DNA of 20,000 nucleotides, from contig NZ_MWQY01000020.1 in NCBI RefSeq assembly GCF_002087085.1, forward strand, positions 47,974-67,973. The letters run 5' to 3'. The position numbers and the translations under genes were made by a program. Numbering within the stretch: position 1 is the first letter of the stretch; every line of letters starts with the position of its first letter. The notes below the pieces were generated by a model. That model was not told where the DNA came from. It saw only the letters and a program-made list of their open reading frames with translations, and did not search any database. Shown in pieces: positions 8,283 through 14,854 of this stretch.

Positions 8283-9176
8283 ATGAACATGCAGCATACG
8301 CTACAGGCAAAAGGACTGGATCTCAGACAGCGCGAAATCGTGCTGGGATGGTCGCTTGTTCTACCATCGGTTCTGATCATCCTGGCACTTATTCTGTATC
8401 CGATTCTCTACAATATTTATCTCAGTTTTTTCGATGTGGAACCTCTGGCGGCCAATACCTATATCGGGCTGGAAAACCACAAGAATGTCGTTCTCGATCC
8501 CGGTTTCTGGAACGCTATTGCCCTGACTGTCATCTATGTGCTCTTTACTACCCTGGGAACGACCCTGATGGGACTCTTTGTGGCCCTGGTCATGAACAAG
8601 GAGTTCCCCTTCCGGGGACTTGTACGCAGTCTCATACTGTTTCCCTATGTTGCGCCCGTAATCTCGGTGGTTTTTGCCTGGCAATTCATCTTTGATCCGG
8701 TAAACGGCATATTCATGGACCTTGCCTACGAAAAGCTGGGGCTTTTCTCCAGCCGCTTCAATCTCATCGGCTCCCCCTCCACCGCCGTGTGGGTGGCGGT
8801 TATCTTCAGTATCTGGAAGAATTTCCCCTTTTCCTACCTGATGATTCTTTCACGGCTGCAGGCCATCGACCAGAACCTGTACGAAGCCGCGGAGATAGAC
8901 GGGGCTTCCGGCTGGCAGAAGTTCCGCTACATAACCCTGCCGGAGGTATATTTTGTAATGGGAGCTATCGTCCTTCTCCGGATGATATGGAACTTCAACA
9001 AGTTTGAGGAGATCTACCTGCTCACGGATAACGTGCGGGTGCTTTCGGTATACACCTACTTCAAAGCCTTCGTGGGAACCATGGAACTCGGACAAGGTGC
9101 GTCCCTTGCGGTGATCCAGTTTCTGCTGCTCATCGGTTTTATCCTCTTCTACGTAAAACGGGTACTCAAATGGTAA
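8283..9176 (+). CDS. Carbohydrate ABC transporter permease (MalF-type, YcjO-like)
   Basis: Six-TM pattern; EAA loop LYEAAEIDGASGWQKFRYITLP; AGGGG upstream of ATG 8283. Confidence 0.94.
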   Translation: MNMQHTLQAKGLDLRQREIVLGWSLVLPSVLIILALILYPILYNIYLSFFDVEPLAANTYIGLENHKNVVLDPGFWNAIALTVIYVLFTTLGTTLMGLFVALVMNKEFPFRGLVRSLILFPYVAPVISVVFAWQFIFDPVNGIFMDLAYEKLGLFSSRFNLIGSPSTAVWVAVIFSIWKNFPFSYLMILSRLQAIDQNLYEAAEIDGASGWQKFRYITLPEVYFVMGAIVLLRMIWNFNKFEEIYLLTDNVRVLSVYTYFKAFVGTMELGQGASLAVIQFLLLIGFILFYVKRVLKW

Positions 9177-10132
9177 GACGTAACACTTTTTTGAGACGAA
9201 GCGGTTTTGCCCTTCTGGTGCTGGCAATAGTCCTTTTCAGCATATTCCCTTTTATTCAGATGCTCTCGATCTCCCTCAAGTATCCCGGGGAATGGGGCAA
9301 TCCGAGCCTGATCCCGGAAAAGATAAATCTGGAAGCCTACATGGAGCTTCTGAACATCGGCCAGAGTACAAAAAACGTTCCCGAATCCGTTCTGAACCTT
9401 CTGAATGAGACCCCTGACCTGACGAAGGAGCAAAGAGACGCGATACTGAGCAAATACAAAAGTACGGGAGACGTATTTCCCTTTCTCCGGTATTTTGGGA
9501 ACTCCTTCATGCTCTCCTTTTCAGCGGCCTTTTTTACCGTAATATTCGCCATCTTCGGCGCCTACTCCTTCAGCCGTCTGAGGTTCCCGGGGCGCTCATT
9601 TATTCAACGGGGGGTCCTTTTTGTCTACATGTTCGGAGGAATACTTCTTTTGATTCCCCTCTACAAGATGTTCGTCAGTATAGGCTGGATCAGCGTCCCC
9701 CCGGGAGCCTTCCTGAGCCTGCTGATAATCTATGTTGTCCAGACACTGCCGGTCTCCCTCTACATGCTGGGCAACTACTTCCGGACCATACCCTTCTCCA
9801 TAGAAGAGGCAGCCATGATCGAAGGGGCTTCACGGTTCGGGACAATCTGGCGAATTATAATTCCCCTTTCCATTGCGGCAATCGTTACTGTCTTCATCTA
9901 CTGCTTCATGATTGCCTGGAACGAGTACCTCTTTGCCTCGGTATTCCTGAAAAACTTCAAGGACCTCTACACCCTGCCCATGGGACTCAAGGCGCTTTTC
10001 ACCTCCAAGAATGCAATATGGGACCGTATCATGGCCGCATCGGTACTGACTGCGACGCCGGTAATTATTCTGTTTATCTCGATTCAGAGAAACCTGGCGG
10101 GAGGAATGGCCGCGGGGGGCGTAAAAGAGTAA
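9170..10132 (+). CDS. Carbohydrate ABC transporter permease (MalG-type, YcjP-like) with an enlarged first extracytoplasmic loop
   Basis: EAA loop IEEAAMIEGASRFGTIWRIIIPL; FMIAWNEYLFAS; C-terminal GMAAGGVKE. Overlaps the previous gene. Confidence 0.94.
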   Translation: MVRRNTFLRRSGFALLVLAIVLFSIFPFIQMLSISLKYPGEWGNPSLIPEKINLEAYMELLNIGQSTKNVPESVLNLLNETPDLTKEQRDAILSKYKSTGDVFPFLRYFGNSFMLSFSAAFFTVIFAIFGAYSFSRLRFPGRSFIQRGVLFVYMFGGILLLIPLYKMFVSIGWISVPPGAFLSLLIIYVVQTLPVSLYMLGNYFRTIPFSIEEAAMIEGASRFGTIWRIIIPLSIAAIVTVFIYCFMIAWNEYLFASVFLKNFKDLYTLPMGLKALFTSKNAIWDRIMAASVLTATPVIILFISIQRNLAGGMAAGGVKE

Positions 10133-10156
10133 GGGCTGCCCGTATACGGACAGCCC
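10133..10156. terminator. Intrinsic terminator hairpin between convergent genes
   Basis: GGGCTGCCCGTA/TACGGACAGCCC near-perfect inverted repeat immediately after the permease stop. On the minus strand it is followed by TTACTCTTTT. Confidence 0.7.
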
Positions 10157-10189
10157 CCGTGTTGACGATGGGAAACTATCTCTGAGGAA

Positions 10190-10966
10190 TCAGCGTTTTG
10201 CTCCTGCAAGGGCCTCTTCCACCAGGGAATAGAAGGTGTCATAGGAGATGGTTGCTCCGGTGACTGCATCAGGAACTGCAGTTTCCTGGCTCTCCAGGAA
10301 GGCCTTCTCTACGGCCTGGGCCTGCTCGTGCCACTCCCTGGTTGCATTGGAATTGGCCACCATGCCGTATTCCCCGTCCATGGAACGCTGAACCTTGTTG
10401 GTTCCGCCGTCTTCGGCCACGGCATCCCAGTGGGCGGATACCACATACCCGGAAGTTACCGTAAAATCTACAAAGTACTTCCATCCATTATGGAACTCGT
10501 CATCCGAAGCGGAGTAGGTACCGTCCTTGTAGGGACCATAGCCCACAGGACCTTTGGCCAGAGCTTCGGCGGCGAGTTCGTAGAACTCATTGTAGTGTAT
10601 GGTAGCTCCGCTTATGGCATCGGGCATCTCCGTGGAAGGATTTTCCCTGAAATACTCCTCCACCGCAGCGGCCTGAACATGCCAGTCTGCCTGGGCGCCC
10701 CCCTGGGCAACCATGGGATAATTACCTGCTTTGGAAACGGAAACCTTGTCGGGTCCGGCATTGATATTGGAGCCGTTCCACACAACCTCGGTGAACTCTC
10801 CGTCCTCAACCTTGAGGGTTACGTTATATTTCCATCCGCTTTTGGGGAATTCCGTCTGCTGGGCAAAGTAGATCCCGTCTTCGTAGCCTGTCCCCTTCGA
10901 ACTGCAGCTTACAAAAAGAGCGGCAGCGAGGGCCAGTACAACGGTAATTCTTACAATGTGTTTCAT
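10190..10966 (-). CDS. Lipoprotein with two tandem FMN-binding (flavinylated) domains, PplA/Tp15-like
   Basis: GGAGG RBS before ATG 10966; lipobox LFVS-C; two homologous domains YxDGxY...GWKY...W..QA.AVE...DAISGAT and ...DAVTGAT. Each matches the ApbE flavinylation motif DxxS/TGAT (at 10601-10621 and 10250-10270). Confidence 0.9.
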   Translation of the reverse strand: MKHIVRITVVLALAAALFVSCSSKGTGYEDGIYFAQQTEFPKSGWKYNVTLKVEDGEFTEVVWNGSNINAGPDKVSVSKAGNYPMVAQGGAQADWHVQAAAVEEYFRENPSTEMPDAISGATIHYNEFYELAAEALAKGPVGYGPYKDGTYSASDDEFHNGWKYFVDFTVTSGYVVSAHWDAVAEDGGTNKVQRSMDGEYGMVANSNATREWHEQAQAVEKAFLESQETAVPDAVTGATISYDTFYSLVEEALAGAKR

Positions 10967-11022
10967 AGAAACCTCCAATCCTCTTATATTGGCCTTTTAA
11001 TATAGTGTGAATAATATACTAT

Positions 11023-11051
11023 CTTATACCGACTTTGAATATATATTTCAA
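11023..11051 (-). promoter_or_regulatory. Putative sigma70 promoter for the FMN-binding lipoprotein gene
   Basis: Minus strand TTGAAA (11051-11046)-N17-TATAAG (11028-11023) within an AT-rich spacer. The -35 is part of a TTGAA-N7-TTCAA palindrome (11035-11051). Confidence 0.5.
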
Positions 11052-11154
11052 TATATTTAAAGCATATTATAGAGAAAATTCAGCATTATAAAGGTTGAGA
11101 CTTCTTTATCGCCCACAATATTCACAATTTACGATATTTAATCACATTAAATTA

Positions 11155-11183
11155 TTGACAGTATCTTATTTTACGTATACTGT
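11155..11183 (+). promoter_or_regulatory. Putative sigma70 promoter for the CxC-lipoprotein/rhodanese operon, overlapped by an inverted repeat
   Basis: Perfect TTGACA (11155-11160)-N17-TACTGT (11178-11183); TATACT at 11176-11181 is an alternative -10. An ACAGTAT/ATACTGT inverted repeat (11158-11164 and 11177-11183) spans the promoter. Confidence 0.6.
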
Positions 11184-11253
11184 AATCATGTTATATAAAT
11201 TTTCCTTGATGTTTTGTCCGCACAGAACAGAAACAGGGAAAAAGGAGTATTGC

Positions 11254-11856
11254 ATGAAGACTATCCGTTTGATGGCAGGAGCACTGGTTCTGATTATGGT
11301 ATTGGGCGCCTGCGGGGGCAATGCCGGGGCCGCAAAAGAGGAAGCCACCGCTGAAGCAGCCGAGCCTGCAAAGGGTATTACCCTGGAAAACGCCTTCTAC
11401 TATACCCATGTTGACGGGCACAAGAAGGAGACACAGATTCCCGCGGTTGTTCTTTTCGAGTATGAGCAGCTGAAAACAGTCCGCTACCAGGTGGCATATA
11501 TTGCCTGTACCTGCAGGGGACCGGAAGTAAACTACTGGTCCGTGGCGAATGTGGAAATCAATAAATCCAACCTCACCGTAGACCACATCTCCTATCACGA
11601 GGATTCCACCGACCATTACGTAGCCGGGATGTACGGCGACAGTACCGAATCCTGGGACGGTACGCCCGTGCGGGAGCTCTTTGACGGTTTTATCCAGGAC
11701 AGCATCCTTGGAAAATCGGAAAGCGAGATCGATGCCTATGTACCCATGCACGGGGAAGTTGATACCTACACCGGTGCAACAGTTACCCCCAACAACGCAA
11801 TGCGCATGCTCCAGGGGCTCTTTGAGTATCACAAAGAACACTACGGCAGCAACTAG
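11254..11856 (+). CDS. Uncharacterised lipoprotein with a CxC motif and a C-terminal flavinylation motif
   Basis: AAGGAG RBS before ATG 11254; lipobox VLGA-C; Ala/Glu linker; YIACTCRG (CTC at 11506-11514); VDTYTGATVTPNNAMRML (DxxTGAT at 11761-11781) followed by a helix, as in FMN_bind domains. Confidence 0.85.
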   Translation: MKTIRLMAGALVLIMVLGACGGNAGAAKEEATAEAAEPAKGITLENAFYYTHVDGHKKETQIPAVVLFEYEQLKTVRYQVAYIACTCRGPEVNYWSVANVEINKSNLTVDHISYHEDSTDHYVAGMYGDSTESWDGTPVRELFDGFIQDSILGKSESEIDAYVPMHGEVDTYTGATVTPNNAMRMLQGLFEYHKEHYGSN

Positions 11857-11889
11857 GGTTTCTGCCAAAAAAAATAGAGGAATAGAACT

Positions 11890-12786
11890 ATGATCAAGAA
11901 GACGACAATTATTCTGTTAACCTTAATGCTGGCTCTCTCCATTGTCTCCTGCGGCAAGTCCGGCGCAGATGCGGGTCTTACGGGAACCGAAGAGATCACC
12001 ATGGAGAATATCGACCAGTATATCGACAAAGACGCCAGATTCATCGATCTGCGGAATTTCGCCGACATGTTCAATGGCGGCTACATCGCCGGTTTCGAGG
12101 TAGTGCCCTTTTTCCAGTATCTGGAAGGCCGCGCCCTTGTCCGGAACAACGGATGGGAGTTCTCCGAGGCTGACGTGGTTGAACCGGCAATCCTGGAGAA
12201 CATCTTCGGTTCCAAGGAAGATGTAATCGTCCTGATGTGCGGTTCCGGAACCCGGGCCGGATACGTAAAGGACGCCCTGAACAGTCTGGGCTACACCAAG
12301 GTTATCAATGCCGGAGGGATTCGGGATTATAAGGGTGAAAACAAGGTCCTCGGGGACGGCAGCTACGCCGGCCAGATGGTCCTCCCCGCGGAGGTCACCA
12401 TGGAGAACATCGACCAGTACCTTTACCGGGACGGAGCCAAATACGTTGATCTGCGCAATGTCGCCGATAAATACGTGGGCGGATACATCGACAGTTTCGA
12501 GCTCGTCTCCTTCTTTGAATACCTTGAAAACAATGCCCTTGTCCGGAACAACGGATGGGAGTTTTCCGAGGCTGACGTGGTTGAACCGGCAATCCTGGAG
12601 AACATCTTCGGCTCCAAGGACCGGGAAGTATTCCTGATGTGCGGCTCCGGAACACGGGCCGGATACGTAAAAGATGCCCTTGAAAGCATCGGTTACACAA
12701 ACGTGTACAACGTCGGCGGGATTCGGGACTATAAGGGAGATCACAAGATCTTCGGCGATGAATCCTTCAGCCTGAACCTTCAGTAG
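11890..12786 (+). CDS. Lipoprotein with two tandem rhodanese-like (sulfurtransferase) domains
   Basis: GAGG RBS; lipobox IVS-C; each repeat has IDLRN/VDLRN, GYIxxF, an active-site loop LMCGSGTRA (Cys codons at 12238 and 12640) and LGYTKVINAGGIRDY/IGYTNVYNVGGIRDY. Confidence 0.9.
   Translation: MIKKTTIILLTLMLALSIVSCGKSGADAGLTGTEEITMENIDQYIDKDARFIDLRNFADMFNGGYIAGFEVVPFFQYLEGRALVRNNGWEFSEADVVEPAILENIFGSKEDVIVLMCGSGTRAGYVKDALNSLGYTKVINAGGIRDYKGENKVLGDGSYAGQMVLPAEVTMENIDQYLYRDGAKYVDLRNVADKYVGGYIDSFELVSFFEYLENNALVRNNGWEFSEADVVEPAILENIFGSKDREVFLMCGSGTRAGYVKDALESIGYTNVYNVGGIRDYKGDHKIFGDESFSLNLQ
12133..12620 (+). repeat. Intragenic direct repeat: 86-bp copies at 12133-12218 and 12535-12620 (84/86 identical) within a domain duplication of about 400 bp
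   Basis: GCCCTTGTCCGGAACAACGGATGGGAGTT(C/T)TCCGAGGCTGACGTGGTTGAACCGGCAATCCTGGAGAACATCTTCGG(T/C)TCCAAGGA occurs twice, 402 bp apart. Both mismatches are synonymous. Confidence 0.92.
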
Positions 12787-12806
12787 TATTCAGTTTATCC
12801 ACCCCG

Positions 12807-12844
12807 GCCCGGGTCCTTTCTCAAAGAGGATCCGGGCTTCTTTA
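12807..12844 (+). terminator. Intrinsic terminator after the rhodanese gene
   Basis: Stem GCCCGGGTCCTTT/AGAGGATCCGGGC (two G-U pairs) followed by TTCTTT; lies between convergent genes. Confidence 0.7.
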
Positions 12845-13912
12845 TGGAATCAGCTGAATTCCCGCCATAAGCTGGTGTCCATACGTCCTTATCAAGCCCG
12901 GATAATCCATGTGGTCAGACCCCAGGCCGTAGATTCCGAAACTCGCTATCCTGGGGCTGTAACGATACTCCAGGAAGAGGTTCAAGGAATCTCCAAGCCC
13001 CATGCTGTATCCCCCCAGAGCGGAAGCCCTAAGTCCGAAGCTTGTATAACAGTCACCTTCCCCCTCGGTGACAGAGAGTTCTCCGGCACCCGCCAGACCG
13101 AGGTATGCATGGCTGAGCTGAGGAAGGACTTCGAAATAGCGCCACAGGGGAAGCCGCATAAGGAAACGCTGCCCCAGGGAGAAGGTATGGACTGTAAGAT
13201 GAATCTGATCGTCGGTCTGTGACTGAAGGTTGTAGAGGAATTCCCATCCGCCGGAAAAAAAGCCTTCGCCCCCCTCAAGATACGATATCCCTGCCAGAAA
13301 TCCCGGTCCGTCGGTCTTTTCAGCGTCTTCATGATCGAAATCATCATCGTAGCGGACAGTCTGAAAGCTTCCTCCCAGCTTGAATTCAAGAAAATCCGGG
13401 TATTCCGCTCTGCGGGAATATTCACGCCGTTGATAGGGAGATGTCATGTCGCTCTCCTCCACCTCTGCTGAAGCCGAGGCGATTACATTCCCCTGCTGAA
13501 CATCAACAAGCTGCAGCAGAATTCTCATTCCCCTGTTAGTGTATCCGGGTCTGGAAAAACCCCGTACGGAACCGAACACCAGGTACTCCGCTCCCAGGGC
13601 ATTCCCGATGCTCACCGCTGTTTCGCTGTCCACAGCACCTGAAAGCTGGTATTCCAGCTCCTCCGTTATCCGGTCAATATTCTCGCGCTCAACGACCGCG
13701 ATGCCGGCGCGTATAAATGCCCGGGTTATTTCGTCGGCTACAAAACGCCCATTCTCCGGTTTCCCGTCAGTATCCATCTCGGCTACTGCAACGGTGGAAG
13801 TCCGCTGAAAACCGCTGATACATAGATCCTGTACCAGAGTGTCGTAGGTATCACTGTAAAGCAGAATTGATGATACCATTGCAAGCATCATAATAACGAA
13901 TTTCCTGGACAT
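12842..13912 (-). CDS. Exported protein with an N-terminal CsgG/HfaB/FlgO-like domain and a probable C-terminal outer-membrane beta-barrel
   Basis: Signal peptide; VAVAEM...VVERENIDRITEELEYQLSGAVDSETAVSIGNALGAEYLVFGS...LQLVDVQQGNVI is typical of CsgG/TolB-N-like domains. The C-terminal half has amphipathic aromatic strands (LNLFLEYRY, LMAGIQLIP). Confidence 0.75.
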   Translation of the reverse strand: MSRKFVIMMLAMVSSILLYSDTYDTLVQDLCISGFQRTSTVAVAEMDTDGKPENGRFVADEITRAFIRAGIAVVERENIDRITEELEYQLSGAVDSETAVSIGNALGAEYLVFGSVRGFSRPGYTNRGMRILLQLVDVQQGNVIASASAEVEESDMTSPYQRREYSRRAEYPDFLEFKLGGSFQTVRYDDDFDHEDAEKTDGPGFLAGISYLEGGEGFFSGGWEFLYNLQSQTDDQIHLTVHTFSLGQRFLMRLPLWRYFEVLPQLSHAYLGLAGAGELSVTEGEGDCYTSFGLRASALGGYSMGLGDSLNLFLEYRYSPRIASFGIYGLGSDHMDYPGLIRTYGHQLMAGIQLIP

Positions 13913-14067
13913 TTTTTCCCTCTTTTCTATCGCTTTTTGGGCATTATAATACCATATATACAGCCCTTATATACCGGATTTTTACTTCTCCATGAACTAT
14001 ATTGTACGAAAACGGGACAGGATATCAGGCCGGTCCCCGTTCAATGCAGTTCGACAAGGAGGAAGAA

Positions 14068-14373
14068 ATGGCGGAATATACCTTCGACGGAACAACCCTG
14101 CGGGACGGCAAGGGAACAAAGATGGGCGAGATTGACAGGAGCTACATTCGCGGATGGAACGCAGCCCTGCTGGGGCAGCTTGACCGGAAGAATATACGGG
14201 ATCCCAGGGGAAAGAAACTGCTGGAGTTTGACGGAAAAACCGTAAAGGATGATCTTGGAAAGAAGGTCACTACCATAAAGGAAATTCAGGAGCTGATAGA
14301 CGGCGAAGCGGACATTTCCCTGGTGGCGGCCTGGTATTTTCTAATTAAAAAACAGCAGGCCAACATGACATAA
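14068..14373 (+). CDS. Small hypothetical protein with four 16-residue beta-hairpin repeats (beta-flower-like)
   Basis: AAGGAGG RBS before ATG 14068; repeats FDGTTLRDGKGTKMGE / IDRSYIRGWNAALLGQ / LDRKNIRDPRGKKLLE / FDGKTVKDDLGKKVTT. Confidence 0.75.
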   Translation: MAEYTFDGTTLRDGKGTKMGEIDRSYIRGWNAALLGQLDRKNIRDPRGKKLLEFDGKTVKDDLGKKVTTIKEIQELIDGEADISLVAAWYFLIKKQQANMT

Positions 14374-14374
14374 T

Positions 14375-14842
14375 TCAGATCTCGCTCTCTTCCTCGTCGG
14401 GAACAACCAGCACCGGGCAATGGGCCTTTCGTATAACCTTCTCGGTAAAATTTCCGAGCATTCGGTTAATTACATTCGAGCCCGCTCCCCTCCCGATAAC
14501 AACCAGGCTGACCGATTCTTCCCGGGCCTTCCGCAGGATCTCCTCTCCGACATTGCCGACGGAAAAATCCGAGGACCATTGTACCCCCTCAGGTATGGCG
14601 GGAATATAGACTTCGGCGATCTTGCGGTCGATGTCCTGCCTGGCCTTGGCATCGACATCCTCCACCTCGTATATATAGGACTTCCAGAACTGCGCGTCCG
14701 GCTCCGGTATGGCGTGAAAGATAATAAGTTCGCTCCCCTCATTGGCGGCGGCAATATTCAAGGCGTAGCGAAAGGCTCTCAGGGCGTCGGTGTTGAAATC
14801 GGTACAAAAGAGAATCTTTTTAAAAATATTCCTGTGGGGCAT
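14375..14842 (-). CDS. Universal stress protein (UspA family; TRAP-associated, TeaD-like position)
   Basis: FKKILFCTDF...ALRAFRYA...LVVIGRG...LGNFTEKVIRKAHCPVLVVP; AGGAGG RBS directly after dctM. Confidence 0.93.
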   Translation of the reverse strand: MPHRNIFKKILFCTDFNTDALRAFRYALNIAAANEGSELIIFHAIPEPDAQFWKSYIYEVEDVDAKARQDIDRKIAEVYIPAIPEGVQWSSDFSVGNVGEEILRKAREESVSLVVIGRGAGSNVINRMLGNFTEKVIRKAHCPVLVVPDEEESEI

Positions 14843-14854
14843 CCTGTTCCTCCT

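Noticed and set aside
11004..11147. Complete Rex (TTGTGAA-N4-TTCACAA) or Crp/Fnr box
   Set aside because: Only isolated half-sites are present; none pairs at the right spacing.
11095..11253. Upstream TTG start giving a 253-aa version of the CxC lipoprotein (and similar N-terminal extensions at 6807, 14002, 17704 and 3510)
   Set aside because: The extensions run through promoter-like, intergenic or neighbouring-gene DNA. Downstream ATGs have clear RBSs and place signal peptides or Rossmann motifs at the N-terminus.
12133..12620. Direct repeat considered as a CRISPR array, DGR template/variable repeat or IS end
   Set aside because: Only two in-frame copies within one gene. The mismatches are synonymous C/T changes rather than adenine-specific, and there are no spacers, reverse transcriptase, cas or transposase genes nearby.
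11500..12645. Selenocysteine recoding in the CxC or rhodanese proteins
   Set aside because: All relevant codons are TGT/TGC and there is no in-frame TGA.
10328..12744. Antisense ORFs 10328-11005 (+), 11191-11868 (-) and 11923-12744 (-)
   Set aside because: Each mirrors a well-supported lipoprotein gene on the opposite strand. The repeats in 11923-12744 simply reflect the rhodanese duplication.
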